A stretch of DNA of 64,000 bases, taken from positions 611,157 to 675,156 of the forward strand of contig NMRA01000190.1 of assembly GCA_002633005.1 (NCBI GenBank). Direction: 5' to 3'. The translations under genes and the position numbers were made by a program. Shown piece after piece: positions 1 through 12,500 of the stretch (the stretch's first letter is position 1; each line of letters opens with the position of its first letter). Source of the stretch: Phoronis australis. Its lineage: Eukaryota > Animalia > Phoronida. The notes beneath the pieces are model-generated. The model made no database searches and was not told the DNA's origin. It saw only the letters and a program-made list of their open reading frames with translations.

Positions 1-1521
1 TGCAGATGGTTATGGTTGGGTGCAGATGAAGAGTTATGAGTGTTGCCTCAAGTAAAAGTTAAATTTATATTTTGGCCTAATGATTTCCATTCTTGAGGTG
101 AATCTCTCAGGAGATAAATCATCATAATGGTGCCTTCCTGGAAGTGTTCCACGGTGAACAGAGTACAGTGGCCTCTATCATTTGCCCATTTAATTCGAGG
201 ATTTCATCTGTGGCACTGCTGTTGTTTTCCAAATGCATTGTATGATGGTCATCGGCTAGTTAACATTCGCTGATATTACAGAATACTGCTGATGCACAAT
301 CAGTGTGATGAGAAGCAACTTCATGTATTCAACTGTGTACAAATGTTTCTTCACCGTAACATCACACACCACATGGCATGTTCATTTTGTCCAAAGTGTG
401 GCTTGGAGGCCCATAATTTACTACTTGATGGACACATAACCCGCCTGGTTGACATTGTTAGTTCATACACTTGTTTAATAGTATTTTTGTCTTCTGAAAC
501 AAATGGGCAGATTGGAGTATTTTACCCAAAAGGAAACCGATGGTGTTGGGTCTCCATGAGTAATAACCAGGTGATTAGTGTAATGGGTCCAGCCTTGCAG
601 CTTAAACATGCCTGATATACTGCAAAATGAATCGGGCCAGCTGCACTCTTTTTTAATGTTTCTGCGGCATGGAACCGGAGTATCTTTGAGGTAAAATTCA
701 TCTAGTTGACCAGTATCATAATAGACATGCTATTAGTTCTAGTGCCAATGGCAATATATCTCCATGAAACCAGGATTAACTTTTATCGGTTATTTAAATT
801 TTTTAATTTTTTCCAATAACATTTTAAGTCAATTTCCAGTATTCTTTCTTATCGGGACCCTATGGGAGATTAGTATTGTCACACTGAATAGGTTTTACAC
901 TGAATAAGTCTTACTTGTCATTTGACCCCACACAATTTGAAGCACCAGTCAACCATAACATGCTTTCGTGGAATAAATGCATTGATTGGCAATTTTTTGT
1001 ACGAGATTCTTGAAGTACTTGTAATTCGATTACGCTGAAGTTGCCTAACGCACAGCCACCACCTAACTTGCAAGTAACAAATGCATTACACACCCCCAAG
1101 TTATTTGTGATGTAACCGTCCCACAATGCATTGGAAAATGACAGGAACAACATAAATGAAATCCTTCCAATTCACAGACTTTAAGTAATACGGCACTTTC
1201 CTCACTGTTTGTGTGTAACTACATGTTCATGGCTATCTCGGGACAGTGTGCTTAACTCAAAAGATCTCTGCATGTGCCAAGTTAAATGTTGACAAAGATA
1301 CCACATCAGAGTAGTTAATATGTTATTGCCGGAATCAGAAATCTATATTGAGGTTCTGCAAGGCAAAAATTGCCCCAAATCTTAAAGTTGAACTTGATAA
1401 TATTGTAACATCGGATTCACTCAAATGCCAATGCATATAAATAAAAGTGTCAATAACTTATCAATGCTCAAATGAAATGAAGAAGTTTACCAAAGAAAAC
1501 ACTTTCTTGTACATGGTCATG

Positions 1522-1527
1522 TTTATT
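1522..1527 (-). promoter_or_regulatory. Candidate distal AATAAA for delta-catenin (proximal candidates at 2686-2691 and 2782-2787)
   Basis: TTTATT on the plus strand downstream of the stop codon; hexamer only. Confidence 0.3.
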
Positions 1528-1774
1528 TCTAGAAATATACCATTTTGCCACATTGTAAATACATGCCACCACAAAATAGTCCTCAGTCACCAAGCCAGAG
1601 AAAGATTTACATTTTTCACATTTGCATTAAGGAGTCTAACAAGCCTTTCTCAATTTTGCATACACAATGTTTCAAATGTTCTGCACAAAGCTGATGATTC
1701 ATTTCCAAAGGCCCAATAGCCTCATGTCATTACATCTACTTACACACAAAAGGCTGCAAGGACAGACCCTCTAA

Positions 1775-2166
1775 CGCTAGCTGCACACGATGCGACAACT
1801 GCCGTGCACCCAGTTTACACCTGGCTGTGACTGGCTAGCTGAGCTTGTCCGCATATCGTGCTACCTAGGACACAGCTCTCTAACTTGAGCCAGCTTCATG
1901 TGATCAGCTGACATGTATGACTGATCACACTCCAAAAATAGCCATGTCAAGAATGAGCATGTATCCTGTGACACGTGAGCAATTGAACAAACACCCTCCG
2001 CACGCAGTGCGACTTTTGCTACACGTGGAAAAAATTATTGAACATGATTGAAATCAGTCGGTGAGGTATCACAGCGGTAGACACAGTCAAAGCAGGTCTA
2101 ACGATTTAAATTCTCACACCGTTAACTGCAGCACAGTGACTGATGTTGCATCGTGTGTGGCTACTT
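1775..2166. mobile_element. PIF/Harbinger-like MITE (392 bp)
   Basis: Imperfect TIRs cgctagctgcacacgatgcgaca / tgttgcatcgtgtgtggctactt, flanked by TAA on both sides. Confidence 0.6.
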
Positions 2167-3383
2167 TAAAACGTGATACTTTCAATTGATTACTTGATCT
2201 ACACTTACTACGAAAACAGTTGCTTACATACTTACAAGTTAGAAAATGTTTGATATGTATGATATTCATAACAAGTAGTGCTCTTAATTCATGACAATAT
2301 GGATGGACAATTTAACAAAATGCTTGATCACCTTTTTTCAAAAACTAAGATAAATTTGATTACATGAGTCAATTCAATAAATGAATTCATCAAGGTGTAT
2401 TAATAAACACTATTATCTACAAAGGTTTAGCATTATACAATACATACAGCAAGTAAAAGGCACTAAGCCATAGTAAAACTTGTCGGTTAAAAATACAATT
2501 CTACAAACTTTAAAAAAACTAAACAAAAGTCAATTTTCAATTCCACGATCTGATCGTGCATCACGAAATCACAGCTCTCGTTCTATACACTGCAGGGTCA
2601 AGGGATCAGCTTGATCACAGTGTCGAAAACAAAAAGCTAACAAGCCAACCTTTAATCTCATACTTTTCTTACTTAGAGACCTAAATTTATTAACTTAAAA
2701 AATAATAGACGATGCATGTAAGAGCCATGCCAATATTCGGCCAGACAATCTATGTATATGTACAACTAACACACAACATGTTTTATTAAAAGATGAATGC
2801 CTTCTCCAAATGCAGAAACTTCTCACCCACAAGCCCAACTGAACAGAACTGCACACAGACGACTGGCCTGACTGAATACAGAACACCTCATGAAGCAAAA
2901 GGAAAACTTCAATAAATATATGAATGTTATTACATTGAGCTTAATTCTGTGAAGAGCCATCACTTGTTTCAATGACTGGCGTCATACTAACTGTATCAGC
3001 GTGTACATCAATTTCCATCAAAAGCTTAAGCCAGGCGCAATGATAGAAGCCAAAACAAAATACTTGTTCGTATTCACATTCTACCCTATTAAAAACGTTT
3101 ATAACAAGAGCAGCATAACATCCTGTACATAAATCCAGCTACAATGAAAGAACAATATAACAGATCCAAAGTGCAGTCACGGCTAGGCAAACATACTCAA
3201 GATTCTGAATTGTATATGCACCTCTTTTCCCATGAGGTCATCCAAATACTGTATATCCTCAAACCCCATGGCAAATCTCTCTATCATCCCTGCTCCTTGC
3301 CTACCATCCCCGTGAGTCTTCCCACCCCTGTCTACACCCGTAAGTCCTCTCTCTCTTCTTGATGAGTTCTCCCCACCCATTCT

Positions 3384-3563
3384 CTACACCCACGAGTCCG
3401 CGCCTGCAGCTGGTCCCTCCAGTGAGTATGCACTAGCGTTCTGCAAGCTATAGTTGCTGCCTCCCATGTAGTCGTCTTGAGCACTCCTAGCACGGTTCTT
3501 GTTCACCTTGGCATAGAGTGGCTCCTTGTTGTGCACATCGGCAGGGGACTGGGTCACAGGGGG
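3384..3563 (-). CDS. CTNND2: delta-catenin terminal coding exon ending in GADSWV*
   Basis: Acceptor ttcccacag; the class I PDZ-binding DSWV is typical of delta-catenin/PKP4/ARVCF. Confidence 0.93.
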   Translation of the reverse strand, partial: PPVTQSPADVHNKEPLYAKVNKNRARSAQDDYMGGSNYSLQNASAYSLEGPAAGADSWV

Positions 3564-6500
3564 CTGTGGGAATAGCAACAAGAATAACAATAAGGCCATT
3601 AATTAACAACAATAACGATATGGCTATGAATAACGACAGCAAAAATAACAACGGGAATAAGTCACAATATCACTAGTAAGCAATGTCAAAATTATCACAA
3701 AAGCCTCTTCATAAAGACCAAGTTCAATAAATTGCTGGATAACATCATTATTTCGTTTAAGTAATACTGGCCCGTCTGCTAATCACTATATTGAAGAAAA
3801 GACAGAGGATATCAAAACTTCACAGCAGACATCACAGCATAAACAAAAACAAGAAGTGTTTGTGACAAGCTGACTGTTACAACAAGTTTTGCTAATAGTC
3901 GGTTCTTTGATATATTCCACACCAAATTTCGCCTTACCGCTGGGTACATCTGTACTCCCCCTGGTGGCACCCTCTCGTAATCCCTGCGCGAGTCGATGGA
4001 TGCATAACCACCAGAAGTATTCAACTCTGTCATTGGCACATTCTCAGGCTAGACGGGTGATCAAAAGCAATATTCACATTAGCCACACAAGACATAACCG
4101 ACTATAAGAATATTTCGGGCAACAGGGTGGACATTTTTTCACCAACGGCTTATTTACAGACATTACAAATACTGCCACAGCTTTATGCCAATTCAGCATG
4201 CAAGTTCAGAGAACATAAATAATTAAGGGGAGAATAATTTCCATGCATTCATTATAAATGACCCGACAAGAGGTGACAGCAACGTAAGCAGAATACCATC
4301 TTGCTTTCAATGACTTTTGATGCATGTCGAGAACATTAGATTCCTATGGCAACATTTTCATATTGCTCCGGCGTACACAAAGTTCAGCAGTCTTGCATAC
4401 AACCTATGTCGACACTCACCCTCCTTCCATTCTGTCCCCCGTATCTCTCCTTCTCAGGGCTGGGCTGGGTCAGCCGGTCGTCCCTGTACTGGGGATTCTG
4501 CCTGGAGACAGGGGGCAGTGTGCGGTCCTGATACCCTTCAGTACCGCTGCTCTGATCAGAACGAGGCCGGTTCATCGTATTGTTGGCCGATGGTACGGTG
4601 TTTGCTCTGTAAGGATACCATATCCTATACAGAATTGACCCAGAGATTGACTACATTTCTGTTGAAAACTAAACCAATACAACTCTTCCTGCATTTACTA
4701 GACGAACAAGACACAGCTTATTATTTCAAATGAATTATTCAAATTTAAATAACGCGTGCAAAAATTTCAATTTTGTGTGTCAAAAGCAGGGCTCTGTACA
4801 TGGTGTCCTCGCTCTTTCCATGTCTTTGAACAGGCTACCCATTTCAATAAGCACAGTAATTTTTCACCTAATTGCATAGGCTTTATTTGTCAGACTGAAA
4901 AACTCGCCTGTACAGAGTTACGAATCAAACCCAGAATCTAGCACGTACTAGCCGTGTACTAAGATGACTGAGCCATTGAGACCATGCCAAGAACAGGTGA
5001 TACATTTTCCTTAAAGTGGAACTTGCACGCTACTTCCTTGTCTCTGTGATTGCTTGGTCAAATTAGTTAGAAATACAACATATAGCGAAGATGTGAATAT
5101 GAAGTAGGTTGAAAATTGCCAAATGTTTATGAGAACGAGTTTTGTGTCGAAAATGATCCACCGTAAATCCCTCAACAGTATCCAGTAAGTGGAGCTGGGG
5201 AATAACACTGCATGAAGTGGGCTATGTGAGCCTTCAAAGTATGTCATTAGTACAAAGGTCACCTATTAGCAGAATTTTTTGTTTTCATATTTACAAGTTG
5301 TCAATGAAAACAGGTGCACTTTGCGTAGTTAGGAGCGCGCAAATACATCTTTGAAGATGGGTTGTAATGTTAATAGTCGAACAACCCCAAAGTGCTTACC
5401 AGTAATATTTCTCATCATTGAATACTTTGACAATATAAACGAATTACCGGTGACACCACTATTATAATACTTATCGATGACCACATAAGTCACCAGTCCC
5501 CCATAACCATAAACCAGTAATTTCAAACCAAGTGCCAAATGCTTTTACTCACTTGGCCGACATTGTCTTGGTAATAAAGTGGTGTTCCTTCCAACCTTGC
5601 TTCTTGTACTCTGCGTGTAATTCCTTGAACTGCCACAACGCTCGTAGTAGCTGGAAACACAGACTGAGTAATGAGTGAATAACTTGGTGAGGCCGCAACA
5701 GAGGTCGCTCTATTCAACATATCTGTTTCACTAATTTTGCAAACCGTTAGACAAATTAAGGTAGACAAATTTCTCAAAATCATCAAATACTGGAGACTTT
5801 CAGGCCAGAAATTGTCTCCATATTCCTATTTAAAATGGCTTCTGATTTCTTCACTGTAGCTAATTGCAGATCTCCATTTTGCCTGATGTCCAGTTTTTCA
5901 AAGCACTATTTGTCAGACAAGAATTAGTAAATATTTTTGAGACTACCGCTTGAAAGCAATCACTAAATAAAACCAAGTAAAGAAAAGTTATCTGAGATTA
6001 TAAGCACATCCTTTAATGCACAAATTACCACTTGCAAACATTAGACATACGACTCTCCAGTATTGAGAGAGCGTGAAAGTGAGATTCGCTTGACCCAATT
6101 TAAAATTCTGGTGAGTAAGATGGGACAAGTTGATAAAGACAAAGTGCAAATTCGTCGAAATTTCGAGACATTGAATTTTTTATGCAAATCACACGAATCT
6201 CTTGCACCAAAGTGGTATTACGACAAGATGATAATTTTAAAGAATTGAATGAAAAAAACTCCACCTAAACAAGAGAATTGTAGATGGCACTGAAAATTGT
6301 CCACCTCGCAAACGAGCATACTTCATCATGTCACCACTATATCGGAAAATGGCTCTTGTCTTGCAGCACGTCACTTACCGTAGCAGCAAATTTCACCACC
6401 TTAGCTGAATACTTGTTCTTGGACTTCGTGATGTGAATAAGTCGGTTTACACCGCCCTCTTGAAAAAATGTTCTGAAATTTGCAAAAATTACAATTCAGC

Positions 6501-9500
6501 AAATTACTCCCTATTACAGTTGCAAAGTCAATTAACAGAAATAAGCAGAGAATCAGCAGTCAGTCAAACAGTCACATTTTAAATAGGCGAATGTTTTAAA
6601 CGTATTTAAATGGTGTAGACATTGGCGTTGATTTCCCTGAATGTCGGGAAGACAACGGCGAGAATTAGGGATTTGTAATTAGATAAAAAAACGCAGCGAA
6701 TCTTTTTATTTTATATCTCTGTTCAAAGCTAATAAACGTGAGAAGTCTAGCCAATTCAACAATCTAGTCATAAGTTAAAAATTGAAACCCAGTAATCAAA
6801 TTTAATAGAGTGAATAAATTCGTATGATATTATAGAGCACAGTAAAAACTGGCCAACTACTAGAAGCCTCTTTACTAAATGGTCTGGCACATGTAAAACC
6901 CAACAGACCCGTGTGGAACCAAGTGGTGCCACCAATTAACAGAAGAATTTACCCACAATGCTTAAAACAAAACACATTTACCACACCAGCTAATTATTTA
7001 TTCAAACGTTTTGAAACACCAATTCCTCATCTTCACAGATAATTCTAAATATCCACAGCTTTTAACTTGTTCAACGTCTCAGTGGAATGTTTTCATGCCC
7101 AAAAATCTCCATTGGCAAAACAGCAGCAAGCTATCATGCGAAAACTATTTTCGCCTCACCCTTTTCAGATCAGGTCGCTGGATTGTATCCAAAATGTCTG
7201 TGGGAAGGTACTTACGAAGCAAAATCCAGATTTTTGCGTATAACTTCATGTAACGTGGAAATCACAGCCGCTACAGTCTCATCAGAAGTCTTGGAATCAG
7301 ACTCGCTACTGTCAGAAGGCAACTTCATAATCAGTTGTTTCATGGCGTATTTTCCTAAACAAAGGGAAAGTTCACAGTTAACTAGACGATAAATTTCACC
7401 TAGTAACTATTCACAGACCTGCTGGTAGAGGACAGATTCATTATGAAAAGGTTCCAACACTAACATGGAAGTACTTCTGCACAACCTTTCTCATAATTAT
7501 TTCTTCATGCCTCAACTTCAGCTGCTTGCAAAATTTTATGAAGTCTATTCTTGAACACACAGCTATTCAACACAAAAAACGAGAGCGCTCGGAGGAGCGA
7601 CACTTGGCGGAACTAATCGAAAAGACGACGATGAGGGAGATGACGACAATCAAGACGATCACGGCGGCAATTATGAATAAGACGATAACACGATAACATT
7701 CATGTGCCTAGCGAAGAAATCAAATAGAGAGCAGACAATCAACTACAATAAAGAACAATAGATGGCCCAGCATGACGGACGAGTCATGTCTGTTCCCACA
7801 TTCTAAAATAGGTGGCGCTATGTGACAGTCTGCAAAGCAAAGTTATGTTTACAATAAGTATTTGCCCTGGAATTGTACAGTCTACAGAGAGCTATGCCAC
7901 AGTAGGACACTGCTGGCTGGGTCAGTCTGGGTCAACTAGGCATAACCAAAACAAAGCCAGCCAGCTGCGTGACCGAATTGGCACAACGGTATCCGAAAAT
8001 CTCGAATAATTCAAAAAGTAGACGTCGTAGCGCAAACTGAAAATTATCATCTGAAAGCCCGTTCAAAACTCTATCTAAAGTGGTAGTTTGTCAAACACGA
8101 TAACATTCATGTGACTAGCGAAAAATCAAATAGAGAGCACACAATCAACTACAATAAAGAACAATAGATGGCGCAACATGACGGACGAGCCATGCTTTAA
8201 AGTAGGACAGTGCTGGCTGGGTCAGTCTGGGTCAACTAGGCATAACCAAAACAAAGTGAACTGAAAGCCAGCCACCGGCGCGCTTGCATAGGGACAACGG
8301 TATCCGAAAATCTCGAATAATTCAAAAAGTAGACGTCGTAGCGCAAAATGGAAAGTATCTTCTGAAAGCCCGTTCAAATCTCTATCTAAAGTGGTAGTTT
8401 GGCAAAAATCAAAAAATTTTTCGAGAAAATTGAAAATTTGCCGTTTTTTTTAAATTCAAAGTCAAATAACTCGAAAACGGTAAGTCTGAGAAATACGCTC
8501 TCGCAGACTTTTTGAAAGGCCATACTTCAAGGAATCCACATGCAAAAATTCACATCATTTGCTCTTCCCATAAAAAACGCGACAGCAGAGCGATTGAAAC
8601 CGTGTGAACACGCCCCACAGCTGCCATCTTGAAGGTGACTTCCGGTTCAATAATTTTTTATAAAAGCTTATTAAACTCAACATACACGTGACCAGTTTGA
8701 AAGTGATTGGTTTGCAATTGCGCCCTCTACAGGAGAAAACGTTTTTAGCCATATTTCGGGGTGCGCATGCGCCACGTCCAATATTTCCGCCATCTTTAAC
8801 CGGAAGTCAACGATTTTTTGCACAATTGTAGCACATGCGTTCTAGTATAATCGTACTGATTTTGAGCCCTGTACGTCGAAAAATGCGGCCTCTACGAGTA
8901 TTTGACTGTGAAATCGGATACAAAATGGCCGCCACGTCCGCCATTTTGTATCCGATCATGACCAAAAACAATAGCGTTCCAGTACATCCCAATCTACATG
9001 TTGTGTGCAAATTTCGTGAAAATCGGACGAAAATTGCGACCTGTAGAGTGCGAACAAAAAAAAAAAAAAACTTGACGACAGAGCAACATACTTGTCGGAA
9101 TTCGAAGAATTCCGCCAAGTAATGATTAAATCCAACACAATCTCTAAAAAACTGCATAAAATTAAAGTTTTAGTTATTACTTCAAGAAACAGTGCAACCT
9201 ACTGAGTCACATCAAATGAACTAATCACTTGACTTTTAGACCACACTAGATCACTCTGTTGGTCACATCCCCTAACCTACAAATGCTTTCAAGTCTAGAA
9301 AGATTTCTGCTCCGAGCGAGACTCAAACCCAAGACTTTCAGCAATAGTTTGTAAATAAAACCATCAAGTTGTAATTCACCTATAAGTTCTTTGTTGCGTT
9401 GGTCGAGGGCCAGGTTCCTTAGTGCCATGGCCGATGCACACACCACTCTGTCCGCCTCAATAGCCAGCAGCTCCACAATAATAGGTAAACCTTTCTCCTT

Positions 9501-12500
9501 TCGTACAGCCGCTCGTAAATCTACAGCCGGCTGGAAGACAGTACTTGGAGATAAATATTTGTCAATAACAAAAATATTAAGCCTAAACAAAGAGCAAGAC
9601 ATGCCTGGGCTTCTAAGTTTAATAAGGCCATATTTTGTTATCAGACTTGCATCAATAAACCATTGTTTTTATATTGAACATGTTCCGAGCAAAAGACATC
9701 ACTTTCCCAAAACTAAAGCATTACGATTAATAAACCATATATGTGACAAAATAAAATCAGTGCTGGCACAAGACTGCAACAGGATTGTTCCACTGATGAC
9801 TACCAATCAACTCACCTGCCAATCACATGCAGTCAGGTTCTGTATTGCACCAGCAGAGGCCTCTAGCGTCTCTGGATTTGAACAGTCTGACAACAGTGGT
9901 AAAAACACATGAACAATGTCCGGCAGCCAAAGTAACTCCATGCCTTTAATTGGGCTGTTGGGTTGTCTACAAATGGACAAAACATAGTTCAAATTTGAGC
10001 ACATGGCTTAAATAACATTTGATAAGGTAGTTATAGCACACAAAAGTGCAAAGGAAATATTGTTACAGTGTAAAAACCCTATGGCCAATAATCTTTTTAA
10101 CACAACGAAATGTGTTGTTGGCAAGGGCGAGTTACTCAATTAATTTCTTACACTCATCAACCACTATGTCTGGATATTCAGTTTATTTCACACACCCAGA
10201 TTATCAGAAAAATCTAATTATCTATTAATTTATTTTGTGGGAAATAAGGGAAAATTCCAATAGTTTTCTGTTATTTGGAAAAAATAACAAAGAGGAGGCA
10301 ACAGCACATTTCTAATAATGCATTATTACGTGGCCAACAGGTGGCGTGCTTACCAGACTTATAAATGTTTGCGATTAATAAATAATAATTATTATTATTT
10401 ATGTTAAAATTATCAGCAAAACTTGATGAGACCCGACATACCTTCTATAGGTCGCTTTCGGAACAGGTGGCACAACCACCTTCTCGTTTTTCTTCTTGTT
10501 TCCCCCAAAGCAGCCTGGCGACTCTAAAGCCAAACAGAGAAAACAAAATGTTCTCGATTGGACTTTTGTGATATACGCCAATACAGTACTTAAATTTGTC
10601 AATAAATCTGATACCAGAGACTTGACTGTTATTTTTTGAATCAGTTCGTGTTTCTTAACACTACGCAGACTTGATTAGCAGACGAGAACAAATATCTACA
10701 GAAAAAGTTCGTGAATTTCATGAAACTTTTCTAGCTTTGTCAAAGTTATGGTTGAATCAAAGAACTTTAGAAGAAACAACACCAAAATCATCCAGTTATT
10801 CCCGTTTTTACTGAATACCCTCACACCCGTCTGCTCACCTTTGTCAGCCAACTGCTGCTGACGTGATAGTGTGCGATTCTTGACGAAGTCCGGGTCGTCG
10901 ACCTCCTGAATACGGAAGCAGAGATTCCTCAGAGCACAGACACAATTTTCCACAGATTTGTTGTCGATGTCAAACTTGCCGATGGCCGCCTTGACCAGAC
11001 AGAGCAGGGAATCGACCAGCCCCTCGCACTCACGCAGCTTCTGACGAGCTGTCTCACCATCTGAGCTCACGTTCCTGTGGGAAATAAGATCACAGTAAGA
11101 CACATGAACACTCCAGATCATTACACGACAACCCAAGATAAAAGAAAACTTAACAGAACCATAAGTACATACCAAAGCAAGTTAAACGCACGCAAGTACA
11201 CAAAACGGGATGAAATAATTTTTAAAAAATAACTCCAGAAGTACATACCATTCTAATACTTCGTTCACAGCTTTTAAACTACAATTAGCCCCACCCCTCA
11301 CACACCAAGTCCGGCCCCCTCTAACACTTGCTCAGCCTCAAACACACTGAGCCACGCCTACCTAAGCACTCCACTGGCATTCCTGAACACAGTTGACCAG
11401 TGAACATCCGGTGGTTTTTCATCTTCATTATAACTGTCCCAGCCTGAATGCGGTATGATGACTGTGTTCACTAGCACTGCCATGGCCTCATCTATGATAT
11501 GTTTCTTCACATCCTGCGATCAAACAATAATATAATCAACTTTATTGAACATAATAGGCCACAGGACCACAGTTCACAGTAGACAAACACAGCAACTAGA
11601 TACTCAAAAGTTCACTTCTACCTATCATTACCCTTTGTATACAGCTTGCAAGAACGTTTTAAATGTTTACTGTTCTTGAGTTTAAAAGAGACCTGACATT
11701 ATTTGATAGTTCTTCCTGACTTAATGCAGCGCAATAAATCTATTTCTTAAACCTGAAAGAGTTGTGATAATTGATGGAGGTGATGAGAGTGCAGCCAGGA
11801 CATTCTGAACAAATATCAAGACAAACGTGGTAAAAAGACAACTTTCAAATTTTCATGTTTTTATTGCAATGGTACAATATTATTGCAGTGAGTGCAGTTT
11901 TCAAACAGCGAACAAAATTCTTGAAGTGTTTCCTCAATAATATCTAGCAATTTCCATCTCCTGTTGCCCCATTTTACATGAGGGTCGCACATTATTCAAG
12001 CCTTTGAGGACTTAAAGTGCAAGAACGAATTAACCAAGTAATTGAGGGGCAGTTAAACAGTACCCTACTTTGCCTAAATGTGAACAGAGTGATCATGTTT
12101 TTAGGAGACTGACCTTTGGAAAACAACAACTTTTGAACCGTTCAGCAACACAACAGTGGCATTTTACAACAGAGAATTAATAAAACTTTACGTTAAGGTG
12201 CATCATACACTTAAAAAGAGTGTGATGACTTACTTTGCAAGAGGACAGATTCCAGAGGACTCCCGTCACCAACTCCCTGACATCATTGTCTCTTGTCTTG
12301 CGTAGTAGTCGGACTAGGGCGGGGATTCCATGAGCGTTGGTAATGGCCCGCTGGGGAAAACAAGGTGACTTGTTTAGTATCATTCACCGTGCTTCAACAG
12401 CAGTTACATGCTTCATCAGTAACAAACTGTATATCAGACGTGTCTAATGGTACTACCCAGTGTACCTATGGACGATTGTTGCTAGAGAATGGTGAGTATG

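Noticed and set aside
292-1719. Short ORFs at the window start
   Set aside because: No recognisable domains or exon structure; composition looks like UTR or intergenic DNA.
9391-9912. 173-aa plus-strand ORF
   Set aside because: Antisense shadow of two catenin exons plus an intron; no recognisable domain.
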